Part shown: one piece after another, positions 30,172 to 38,912 of the stretch | Layout of the letters: the number at the start of each line of letters is the position of its first letter | How positions within the stretch are numbered: position 1 is the stretch's first letter | Source: Rhodobiaceae bacterium | GTDB lineage: Bacteria; Pseudomonadota; Alphaproteobacteria; MED-G09 | Assembly: GCA_002723035.1 (NCBI GenBank) | Contig: PBNH01000010.1 | Location: 4,720-52,691, forward strand | Length of the DNA: 47,972 bases | Direction: 5' to 3' | Notes under the pieces: model-generated | Seen by the model: only the letters and a program-made list of their open reading frames with translations | Databases searched by the model: none | What the model was told of the DNA's origin: nothing | Made by a program: the position numbers and the translations under genes

Positions 30172-31293
30172 CTATAAATTATTTGGTGAAACTTTAATAA
30201 TTTTACCAGAATTTTTCTTTCCTCTACCATCTGTCAGAATGATTAAATTACCATCCTTAGATGATTTTATACTTCGAATTCTAGAACCAATTTCTTCAAA
30301 CATAATTTCCTCAGAAACGACCATTTTATCTTTAATTACTAGTCTTCTTACGTCAGCGGATGACAAAGCTGAAATAAATAAATTCCCATACCATTCAGGA
30401 AACAAATTACTGTAATAAAAAGTCATATCGGATAAGGCAATTGAAGGTGTCCAATATTTTATAGGTTGTTCCATTCCCTTTTTTTTCTTAAATGGTGAAA
30501 TTATAGAACCATTATAATCAATACCATATGTTATTGCTGGCCAGCCATAATTTAAACCTGGATAAATAATGTTTAATTCATCACCGCCTTTTGGGCCATG
30601 CTCATGACTGTAAATAATCCCGTTAATATCCTTTGTGAGACCCTGTTGATTTCTGTGACCATAAGTAAAAATATCTTTAAGAGCATTATCTTTTTTAAAA
30701 ATTGGATTATCGTTTGGAATTGAGCCATCATCATTAATTCTTAATATTTTACCAAAATGATTATCTAATTCCTGTGCTTTTTCTCTATGATTAAAACCAT
30801 CCCCTGATGAAATTAACAAAGTATTATCATTTAAAAATAATAGTCTTGCACCATAATGGGCTGATGTTTTTCTGAAAGCTTGCGCAGTATGAATTGTCTC
30901 TATGTCAATTAAAGTATTTTTATGAAGCTTAGCCCTTGAAACCTGTAAAGTATTTCCTTCTCTGGTTTTAATGGAGTAAGATAAGTAAATAAGGTTATTT
31001 AATTCAAAATCAGGATGAAGTTCAATATCGGATAGACCTCCTTGACTTCTAGCTAATACTGAAGGAACATTTGAAACTGTTATTAATGTTTTAAAACTGG
31101 GATTGTAGATTTTTAATTTTCCAGTCAGTTCGGAAACTAAAAAATCTCCATTTGGAAGAAAATCAATATCCCAAGGCATATCAAGACCGTCATATAAAGT
31201 TTCTAGCTTATAAATTTTATCTTTAGCATCCACTGAATAAGTTAGAGAGAAAAAGATTATAAAAATTAATAAATATTTAATTATTTTTTTCAT
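30172..31293 (-). CDS. PQQ-dependent sugar dehydrogenase (YliI/GdhB family)
   Basis: Signal peptide, PWDIDFLP, QGGL.D, HYGARL, YGHRNQQG, EHGPKGGDELN, NYGWP. Confidence 0.92.
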   Translation of the reverse strand: MKKIIKYLLIFIIFFSLTYSVDAKDKIYKLETLYDGLDMPWDIDFLPNGDFLVSELTGKLKIYNPSFKTLITVSNVPSVLARSQGGLSDIELHPDFELNNLIYLSYSIKTREGNTLQVSRAKLHKNTLIDIETIHTAQAFRKTSAHYGARLLFLNDNTLLISSGDGFNHREKAQELDNHFGKILRINDDGSIPNDNPIFKKDNALKDIFTYGHRNQQGLTKDINGIIYSHEHGPKGGDELNIIYPGLNYGWPAITYGIDYNGSIISPFKKKKGMEQPIKYWTPSIALSDMTFYYSNLFPEWYGNLFISALSSADVRRLVIKDKMVVSEEIMFEEIGSRIRSIKSSKDGNLIILTDGRGKKNSGKIIKVSPNNL

Positions 31294-31786
31294 ATGTTAG
31301 TACCTTTAAAAAAAATTCTTTGAACTGACTAAAAATTATTCCGCCAAGGAGACCAATAAAACAAAAGATTAATAGACCCATTAATTCTCGTGTGCTAGAA
31401 ATCAATACAATTTCATCAAAAGTTATCTTTGTAAAAAAAATAATTCCATAAACGCTTGCAAAGCCAGCAAAGCCATATAAAAAAATAGAATTAATAGGTA
31501 TAATTAGTCTAACTATAGCCGCTAAAAGATAACCTGAAGATAATGCGATAAAAATTATGCCATACATGTTTATAGGAATGCCCCATTGAATCAACATTGG
31601 TGATAGACCGCCACGAAGATCATGAAGTAGTGATTGAAATAAAATAACAAATGAGATGTTAAATCCTTGAGTTTTTAACCAAAGAATATTCCATATGGTA
31701 TTCTGAAAAAGTATAAAAAAACTAGTTAAAATGGCAGAAAGTATTTGAGCCATCAACAAACTTGAGAAAAGCTTTATTAAATACAT
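31277..31786 (-). CDS. Hypothetical membrane protein (about 4 TM)
   Basis: Four hydrophobic segments; overlaps the start of the PQQ dehydrogenase. Confidence 0.7.
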   Translation of the reverse strand: MYLIKLFSSLLMAQILSAILTSFFILFQNTIWNILWLKTQGFNISFVILFQSLLHDLRGGLSPMLIQWGIPINMYGIIFIALSSGYLLAAIVRLIIPINSIFLYGFAGFASVYGIIFFTKITFDEIVLISSTRELMGLLIFCFIGLLGGIIFSQFKEFFLKVLTYEKNN

Positions 31787-31953
31787 ATTAATATTACCTC
31801 TTCTCTATTGACCATATTCCTATTGTAATAAAAATTAAACCAAAGCCAATTACAAAATTAATTTTTTCGTTTAGTAAAAAAATTAAAAAAAGTTTTTTTC
31901 ATAGAATTCTTCCTAAAAGTTTAGTCGAGTAATATTCTTTAAATAGACTAAGA

Positions 31954-32613
31954 ATGATTATTAAGGTAGAAAAAATAAATATATATATCTTTAATTATTG
32001 TTTAATGAGAAAAAAAATTTTTATTTCAACAAAAATCAAAATCACCAACTTACTTATACTCGTATCTCTTTTAAGTTTTGATATTTTCAATTTTCTAAAT
32101 CTAGGTAATCAAAAAAAAATAATCAATGAAAATAAAAAAGCCATTGTAGTTTTAACAGGAGGGTCTAGAAGATTAGAAGAGGGTTTTCAGTTACTGGAAA
32201 GGGAAATGGGAAGTGTTCTTTTTATTTCAGGAGTAAATCCAATAGTTACAAAAAAAGACTTAAAAAAAATCTTACATACAAATACTTCTGAAAAAAAAAA
32301 TATTTTATTTGATTGCTGTGTTTATTATGAAAAAAAATCAAAAGATACCCAATCAAATTCCATCGAAGCAAATAAGTGGTTAACTGAAAATAAATATAAT
32401 GAAATTTTTTTAGTTACATCATCATCTCATATGCCAAGAAGTATTTACGAATTTAAAAAAAATGCTCCAAAAATTATAATATACCCTTGGAATATAGCCG
32501 AAAAAGAAAAAACAACTTTTAATAATTTAAAAAAATTAACTATCGAATATTTGAAATTTAATTTTATAAGATTACAATATTTGTTTAAAACAAATGGCAA
32601 TTATGAATATTAA
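31954..32613 (+). CDS. YdcF/DUF218 (ElyC/SanA) family protein
   Basis: AIVVLTGG..RL, LFISGV, LVTSSSHMPRS, EYLK; the true start may be the downstream ATG near 32005. Confidence 0.85.
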   Translation: MIIKVEKINIYIFNYCLMRKKIFISTKIKITNLLILVSLLSFDIFNFLNLGNQKKIINENKKAIVVLTGGSRRLEEGFQLLEREMGSVLFISGVNPIVTKKDLKKILHTNTSEKKNILFDCCVYYEKKSKDTQSNSIEANKWLTENKYNEIFLVTSSSHMPRSIYEFKKNAPKIIIYPWNIAEKEKTTFNNLKKLTIEYLKFNFIRLQYLFKTNGNYEY

Positions 32614-33328
32614 AAATAAAATTTTTTCAATTATTTCAATTAGTTTGCTAATTTTAATTACTGCAGCTATTGCAATTTTAGGTTTACCCTGTTTAGCATT
32701 GCCAAGACAGTATACTGCTAAGCTAATTAATTTCTGGTCTAGAACAATGTTATTATTTTTTAGAAGCTATGATGGTCTGGATTGGGATGTCCAAGGGATC
32801 AATAATATTCCTAGTGGCCCATTTGTGGTAGCGTCAAAACATCAGTCTGTTTGGGATACAATTTTTTTTACTGCTTTTTTCTCTGATGCAGCAATGGTTT
32901 TAAAGAGAATAATTATATTAATACCCTTTTATGGGCTACATGCCATTAAGGCAAAAATGATATGGCTTGATAGAAAAGGACATAGTAAGTCTATTAAAAA
33001 GTTGATTAATCAAGGAGAAAAATGCAAAAAAGAAAAAAGACCAATTGTTATTTTCCCTGAGGGTACAAGAAATCGAGTTGGAAAAAAAACTAAATATAAG
33101 CCTGGAGTTACAGCTTTATACAAATTTTTAAATATACCATGTATTCCTGTTGCGCTTAATTCCGGTGTATATTGGGAAACTAAAGGCTTAAAAAGAAATA
33201 AGGGAAAAATCATTGTAAAATTTATAGAGCCTATTGAACCTGGCTTAAGTAGAGACGAATTTGAAAAAAAATTAGAAACGGTTATTGAAGCTGAAACGAA
33301 GATTCTAATCGAAAGCGCTGTTAACTAG
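32594..33328 (+). CDS. plsC: 1-acyl-sn-glycerol-3-phosphate acyltransferase
   Basis: KHQSVWD (HX4D), FPEGTR, PVALNSG. Confidence 0.9.
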   Translation: MAIMNIKNKIFSIISISLLILITAAIAILGLPCLALPRQYTAKLINFWSRTMLLFFRSYDGLDWDVQGINNIPSGPFVVASKHQSVWDTIFFTAFFSDAAMVLKRIIILIPFYGLHAIKAKMIWLDRKGHSKSIKKLINQGEKCKKEKRPIVIFPEGTRNRVGKKTKYKPGVTALYKFLNIPCIPVALNSGVYWETKGLKRNKGKIIVKFIEPIEPGLSRDEFEKKLETVIEAETKILIESAVN

Positions 33329-33332
33329 ATAA

Positions 33333-34247
33333 TTATTTATTTTTTCTACCGAAATCAATTTTATCCTCATCCTGGCCTGCATCAATAATTTTCTTCCTCA
33401 CATTTCTTGTTTTTTCAAAGCTAGAAAAAAGCATATTCGTATCTTTTTCTAAAATAGAGTTTTTTAATTTTACTAAATCATTTGAGAATAAATCCAACAT
33501 TTCCAAAACTGCCTCACTATTGTATGTAAAAATATCACTCCACATTTTCGGATCAGATGCTGCAATTCTTGTAAAATCTCTAAATCCACCAGCTGAATAT
33601 TTTACAACTTCAGAGTCAGTTACGTTAGCTAGATCATTTGCTGTTCCAACAATATTATAAGCAATTAAGTGAGGTATATGACTTGTAATTGCTAGCACTT
33701 TGTCATGGTGCAAAGCATCCATGATTTCAACCTTTGAGCCAAGTGACTCCCAAAAATACTTAATACTATCAATACTTTCTTTTGAATTATCTTCAGTTGG
33801 TGTTAAAATACACCATCTATTTTCAAATAATTCAGAGAAACCAGCATCAGGTCCAGATTCCTCTGTACCTGCTATAGGATGACCTGGAATAAATTCCACA
33901 TCATTAGGGATTAAATCTTTTAGCTCCTCTAAAACAGTAAACTTTGCTGATCCAGTATCAGTTACAATACTGCCTTTTTTTAAAAAAGGAGCTATTTCTT
34001 CAATTATTGGTTTAAATGTTGATAAAGGTGTTGCTAATATTATCAAGTCAGCCTCATCAACGGCCTTAACTAGATTTTTTTCAGCATCATCAATAAGGCC
34101 TCTTTCAATCGCTCTAAGAAGAGTTTTTTCTGTTTTTGCATAACCAATAATTTTCGACTTAAAGTTATTTTTCTTCATGCCCAGGCCGATTGAACCTCCT
34201 ATTAATCCGAGTCCAATAATGCAAACATTATCAAAATTATTTTTCAT
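33333..34247 (-). CDS. tyrC: Prephenate/arogenate (cyclohexadienyl) dehydrogenase
   Basis: GLGLIGGS, DTGSAK, HPIAGTE, SHIPH, GFRDFTRIAASDP. Confidence 0.92.
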   Translation of the reverse strand: MKNNFDNVCIIGLGLIGGSIGLGMKKNNFKSKIIGYAKTEKTLLRAIERGLIDDAEKNLVKAVDEADLIILATPLSTFKPIIEEIAPFLKKGSIVTDTGSAKFTVLEELKDLIPNDVEFIPGHPIAGTEESGPDAGFSELFENRWCILTPTEDNSKESIDSIKYFWESLGSKVEIMDALHHDKVLAITSHIPHLIAYNIVGTANDLANVTDSEVVKYSAGGFRDFTRIAASDPKMWSDIFTYNSEAVLEMLDLFSNDLVKLKNSILEKDTNMLFSSFEKTRNVRKKIIDAGQDEDKIDFGRKNK

Positions 34248-34248
34248 A

Positions 34249-35334
34249 TTACTGTGAGAGCTCCTTTAAGCATTTAATTAAAAAATTATTTGCCTCATCA
34301 TTTCCAATGCTTACTCTCAAAAAATCTGGTAAATTATATTCATGCATTTGTCTAAGAATTATACCTTTAGAGCATAAATAATTAAAAACATAATTTGCAT
34401 CAAAACTCAGATTATCTGAAACCTGAAATAAAATAAAATTACAATGACTTGGGATTGTTAAATAACCTAGGCTATCAAGTTCTTTCTTAATTTTTGGTAG
34501 CCATAAATTGTTATGTTCGATTGATTTTAATATATGATTTTGATCATCAACAGCAGCTGCTGCAACTTTTTGAGCCGTGGAATTTACTGAAAAAGGTATT
34601 CTTAATCGGCCTAAAACATCAATTACCTCATCAGGGCAATAAGCCCATCCTACTCTCAAGCCGGCAAGACCATAAGCTTTTGAAAAAGTTCTTGTGACAA
34701 CAATATTATTATTATCTTCAACCAAGGAAATAAAAGAGGAATAATCGTCATTTACATACTCTATATATGCTTCATCAATAATTAATAGTATTTTAGGTGG
34801 AAGATTTTTATGAAGAACTGTTAAATCTTGATACGAAACCAAAGTTCCGGTGGGATTATTTGGATTAGCTATAAAAATCATTTTTGTAGAATTATTTACT
34901 AAATCTAAAATTGAATTTACCTGCGTTTGAAAGTTTACCTCTTTGGCTCTAACAATTCTTGCGCCTGATGCCTGAATAGCCAAAGGATAGACTGCAAAAG
35001 AATTCTCTGAAACAATTGCTTCGTCATTTCCAGATAAATAAGCTCTAGCAAGCAAATGAAGTATTTCATCTGAACCACATCCGCAAATTATATTATTTGC
35101 GTTTATAGAATAGAATTGAGATAACTTTTTTATTAATAATGAGTTTGATGGATCAGGGTATAAGGTAATATCCTTAGCGGCTTCATTATATGCATTTATT
35201 ACACTTTCACTTGGCCCAAATGGGTTTTCATTTGAAGATAATTTAAATATTTTATCAACGCCATTAATATTACTAGCGCCACCCTTATAGGATTTTAAAT
35301 CATTTAAAAAATTATTTGGTATCGGTTTATCCAT
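34249..35334 (-). CDS. hisC: Histidinol-phosphate aminotransferase
   Basis: LSSNENP, NPNNPTG, DEAY, RTFSKAYGLAGLRVG. Confidence 0.94.
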   Translation of the reverse strand: MDKPIPNNFLNDLKSYKGGASNINGVDKIFKLSSNENPFGPSESVINAYNEAAKDITLYPDPSNSLLIKKLSQFYSINANNIICGCGSDEILHLLARAYLSGNDEAIVSENSFAVYPLAIQASGARIVRAKEVNFQTQVNSILDLVNNSTKMIFIANPNNPTGTLVSYQDLTVLHKNLPPKILLIIDEAYIEYVNDDYSSFISLVEDNNNIVVTRTFSKAYGLAGLRVGWAYCPDEVIDVLGRLRIPFSVNSTAQKVAAAAVDDQNHILKSIEHNNLWLPKIKKELDSLGYLTIPSHCNFILFQVSDNLSFDANYVFNYLCSKGIILRQMHEYNLPDFLRVSIGNDEANNFLIKCLKELSQ

Positions 35335-35496
35335 ATTTAAACAACATTATTCTGATTAATAGTTATATTATTAAAATCTCAAAAAAAGAAATCTTAGTTT
35401 TTTATATAACTTATAAAATTCTTATAACAAAACTTTAAAATTCAGTAATAAGCATATTTTATTTGCAATTTATAAAAATTAGTCTTATGTATCAAA

Positions 35497-35587
35497 CTAC
35501 ATTTTGAGAGGGAGTAATCCCTGCCAACCTGCAATAACCTGCGAAGGTGGTAACTTTAATGTGGCTTATTAGGCAAAAAAAGGTTTT
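35497..35587 (+). ncRNA. SAM-I/IV-type riboswitch aptamer
   Basis: P1 ACAUU/AAUGU (35499-503/35558-62); J1/2 UUGAG; P2 AGGGA-GUAA-UCCCU; P3 GCC-AA-CCU/AGG-U-GGU with the AA/U internal loop; no P4; P5 GCUU-AUU-AGGC; pseudoknot between L3 AACCU (35536-40) and AGGUU (35581-85). Confidence 0.82.
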
Positions 35588-35632
35588 TTCTCTCATTTGT
35601 AAATATAGTTAAGTTTAGCTTCCTAAAGAAGC

Positions 35633-35690
35633 TGGGTATTTGATTTTCAGATTGTGCACCCTAGATTTCCTTAAAGCACTAAAGAGAGGA
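35633..35690 (+). ncRNA. SAM-V riboswitch overlapping the ompW RBS
   Basis: GGGU-A-UUUGA...UUGUGC-ACCC...UAAAGCACUAAA-GAGAGG; P1 GGGU/ACCC, pseudoknot GUGC (35654-57)/GCAC (35676-79); SD 5 nt before the ATG. Confidence 0.88.
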
Positions 35691-35694
35691 AAAA

Positions 35695-36366
35695 ATGAAA
35701 AAACAATTTTTTAAAAAAACCCTATCACTATTATCATCTTTGGTATTAGTTTTATTTATTTCTTTAACTCCGCTAAGCGTAATATCTCAAGAAGTAACTG
35801 CATTTAAAAGTGCTGGAAAATGGCTAGTCGGTCTTAAAGTTTTAAATTTAGATCCTGATGAAAAATCAGTAACTTCAATTGGCGGCGAAGCAAAAGTTGA
35901 TGATGATACTGTGCCAGAACTAGATATTAGATATTTTTTAACTGACAATATTGCTATCGAAGCAATTTTTGGGACCACTGAACATAGTGTAAAGGCTATT
36001 GGAACAGCTCTTGGGGATGTTAATTTAGGTACAGTAAAAGTTTTACCGCCTACATTTACTCTTCAATATCATTTCAATAGTGAAAGTAGATTCTTACCAT
36101 ATATTGGTGCTGGAATAAATTATACCTTTTTCTACGATGATAACCCTGGTGACGCGGTAGGTATTAGCTACAAGGATGAGGTTGGTTTTGCACTAAATGT
36201 AGGTTTTGACTATATTATTAATGAAAATAACTATTTTAATATAGATATCAAAAAATATAAGCTTTCAACTGACACAGTAATTGATGCTGGGCCAGCTGGT
36301 ATTGCTACTGCATCAGTAGACCTAGACCCAATAGCAGTAAGTATTGGCTATGGGTGGAGATTTTAA
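35695..36366 (+). CDS. ompW: OmpW-family outer membrane beta-barrel
   Basis: Signal peptide, PELDIRYFLTDNIAIE, VLPPTFTLQYHF, PYIGAGINYTFF, C-terminal GYGWRF. Confidence 0.92.
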   Translation: MKKQFFKKTLSLLSSLVLVLFISLTPLSVISQEVTAFKSAGKWLVGLKVLNLDPDEKSVTSIGGEAKVDDDTVPELDIRYFLTDNIAIEAIFGTTEHSVKAIGTALGDVNLGTVKVLPPTFTLQYHFNSESRFLPYIGAGINYTFFYDDNPGDAVGISYKDEVGFALNVGFDYIINENNYFNIDIKKYKLSTDTVIDAGPAGIATASVDLDPIAVSIGYGWRF

Positions 36367-36420
36367 AGAATTAATTAAATATTAATTCTAATATTTCTAA
36401 TAAGAGGTTATCTTATTGCT

Positions 36421-37554
36421 ATGAATACTGATCAAAATAAGCTTCCATGTTCATACTTTAGAGATACTAAACCTCTTTTACTAGAGAATGGAACAACTAT
36501 AGATGAGCTTACTGTAGCCTATGAAAGCTATGGTAAGCTCAATCAAGATAAATCAAATGCAATAATAATTTGTCATGCCCTTTCTGGCGATCAGTTTTTA
36601 GCGAGTAAAAATCCTTTAACTAATAAAGATGGTTGGTGGAATAGGATGGTTGGTAGTGGAAAACCAATCGACACTGATAAATATTTTGTGATTTGTGCAA
36701 ATGTTCTTGGTGGCTGCCTAGGATCTACCGGACCTACCTCGATAAATCCATCTACCGGCGAAGAGTACGGACTAAATTTTCCAGTTATAACTATTTCCGA
36801 CATGGTTAATGCACAAATGAGACTAATTCAGTACTTAGAAATTGATAAACTCTTATCAGTTATTGGAGGGTCAATGGGTGGAATGCAAGTTCTTGAGTGG
36901 GCGGCTTCTTATCCATCTAGTATTCTCTCTGCGATTCCAATTGCCACCTCTTCTAGGCATACAGCGCAAAATATTGCATTTCATGAACTTGGGAGACAAG
37001 CTATAATGGCTGATCCAGATTGGAGCGGTGGTAACTATATAAAAGTTGGCACTAATCCTAACAAAGGATTGTCAATTGCAAGAATGACAGCTCATGTTAC
37101 TTATTTATCAGAGGCTTCTCTTACGAAAAAATTTGGAAGAAGACTTCAAGATAAAGAAGAAATAAGCTTTGGATTTGATGCTGATTTTCAAATCGAAAGT
37201 TATTTAAGGCATCAAGGGCTAACATTTGTGGATAGATTTGATGCCAACTCTTATCTTTATATTACAAGAGCTATGGATTATTTTGATTTAGAAAAAACTC
37301 ATAAAAAAAGTTTAACAGAAATTTTTGAAAATACTGATATTAAGTTCCTAATAGCATCATTTACTGGAGATTGGCTGTATCCACCATCTGAAAATTTAAT
37401 GATTGTTAGGGCATTAAGTGCAGGAGGAGCTGATGTTAGTTTTGTTAATATTGAGTCTGACAAAGGTCATGATGCTTTTCTTTTAGAAGAGCCAGAATTT
37501 GACGATGCAATGAGAGGGTTTATTAATTCAATTTCTATAGAGGCGAAAATATAA
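36421..37554 (+). CDS. metX: Homoserine O-acetyltransferase
   Basis: CHALSGD, NVLGGCLGS, GGSMGGM, RFDAN, GHDAFL. Confidence 0.95.
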   Translation: MNTDQNKLPCSYFRDTKPLLLENGTTIDELTVAYESYGKLNQDKSNAIIICHALSGDQFLASKNPLTNKDGWWNRMVGSGKPIDTDKYFVICANVLGGCLGSTGPTSINPSTGEEYGLNFPVITISDMVNAQMRLIQYLEIDKLLSVIGGSMGGMQVLEWAASYPSSILSAIPIATSSRHTAQNIAFHELGRQAIMADPDWSGGNYIKVGTNPNKGLSIARMTAHVTYLSEASLTKKFGRRLQDKEEISFGFDADFQIESYLRHQGLTFVDRFDANSYLYITRAMDYFDLEKTHKKSLTEIFENTDIKFLIASFTGDWLYPPSENLMIVRALSAGGADVSFVNIESDKGHDAFLLEEPEFDDAMRGFINSISIEAKI

Positions 37555-38159
37555 TGAATAACAATAGAGCTGATCTTGAATTAATAACATCTCTCGTAGA
37601 CGAAAGGACAAGAATCCTTGATGTTGGTTGTGGAAATGGAGAGTTATTACAATCCTTAAAAGATAAAAAAAGTATCAAAGGTCAAGGTCTTGAGCTTAAA
37701 CAAGAAAGAGTTAATCAATGCGTTTCAAGAGGTTTATCAGCAATTCAAGGAAATGCTGATAGCGACCTCAGCCTCTATCCAAATCAATCATTTGATTGCG
37801 TAATTTTAAGCCAAACAATTCAAGCAACTAGTAACCCAAAAAATATTTTAATCGAATTAGTTAGAATTGGTAAAAAAGCAATTGTCTCAATACCAAATTT
37901 TGGCTTTTGGAAAGTAAGATTTGGCTTTGCTGCTCATGGCAAAATGCCTATTACAAAGAAACTTTCAAATAATTGGTATGATACTCCAAATATTCACTTG
38001 TGTAGTATACTAGATTTTGTTGATTTATGTAAGATCCTGAATATTAAAATTGAAAAAACAATTGTTCTTTCATCAAATAAAACCAAATCATTTAATGGTT
38101 ATCCTAATAATTGGTCAAATCTTTTTGGAGAAGAAGCAATTTTTTTGATAAAAAGTTAA
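37554..38159 (+). CDS. metW: Methionine biosynthesis protein MetW
   Basis: LDVGCGNG, ILSQTIQ, SIPNFGFW, WYDTPNIHLC. Confidence 0.94.
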   Translation: MNNNRADLELITSLVDERTRILDVGCGNGELLQSLKDKKSIKGQGLELKQERVNQCVSRGLSAIQGNADSDLSLYPNQSFDCVILSQTIQATSNPKNILIELVRIGKKAIVSIPNFGFWKVRFGFAAHGKMPITKKLSNNWYDTPNIHLCSILDFVDLCKILNIKIEKTIVLSSNKTKSFNGYPNNWSNLFGEEAIFLIKS

Positions 38160-38869
38160 GCTTTTATATCACTTTTCATTTTTTGATTAATTAACTTTTT
38201 ATCATTTGCAACTGGAACTAAATAGTTTTTTTTACCCTTTATAATTATCACTCCAGAGAAATACTTTGTTAGTGCATTATTTAGAAATTCAAATAATTTT
38301 AATTTATCAATTAAAAACTTACTTTTTGGTGGTGGCAGAAATAAAGAGTATTCAATATCTACAATAGTAAAAAAATTATTTAGTAATAATAAACTTAATT
38401 CATAAGAACTGAATGTTCTTAAAGAGTTTAATTTTTTTTTGTAAAAGAAACGCCAAAAGCCAAAAATATTTGGAACTATAATTATAATCTCACCGTCTTT
38501 TTCTAAAATCCTCCAAGACTCCCTTAAAAATTTTTTATGGTCATATAGATATTCAATGCAATTTACAACAAGTAACCGATCAACTGATAAATCGTCTAAA
38601 GGAAGAGAGTATTCGTTAACTGATACTGTTAAATTTTTTTTATCTAATGGAAAATTAATTAATCCAAATTTTCTAGGAACAAGAAAAAATAACCTTTGAA
38701 AATTAGACCTAAAGATTTCCAAAAAAGGAAATCCATAGCCTATCACAGCATTTTTTGAATTATTAAAATCTGGCCACAATAAAAAAATTTTTTTTGAAAT
38801 AATTTGAACTACAGATTTACCTAAAAAACTAGAATAAAAAATTTTAAAATTTTCAATATTTATCTTCAT
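38156..38869 (-). CDS. Class I SAM-dependent methyltransferase-like protein (YafS-like)
   Basis: GYGFP, LPLDDLSVDR, LRESWRIL...G.IIIIVPN; divergent from gloB. Confidence 0.78.
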   Translation of the reverse strand: MKINIENFKIFYSSFLGKSVVQIISKKIFLLWPDFNNSKNAVIGYGFPFLEIFRSNFQRLFFLVPRKFGLINFPLDKKNLTVSVNEYSLPLDDLSVDRLLVVNCIEYLYDHKKFLRESWRILEKDGEIIIIVPNIFGFWRFFYKKKLNSLRTFSSYELSLLLLNNFFTIVDIEYSLFLPPPKSKFLIDKLKLFEFLNNALTKYFSGVIIIKGKKNYLVPVANDKKLINQKMKSDIKA

Positions 38870-38912
38870 ATTATATACTTTAATTTAATTCATAATTTTG
38901 CTGGAGTTATAA

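Noticed and set aside
35505-35596. Glycine riboswitch reading (GAGAG...CGAAGG...CUCUCA)
   Set aside because: The terminal CUCUCAGG is incomplete, and the SAM-I/IV pairing explains all stems and fits the met context better. A cmscan run would settle it.
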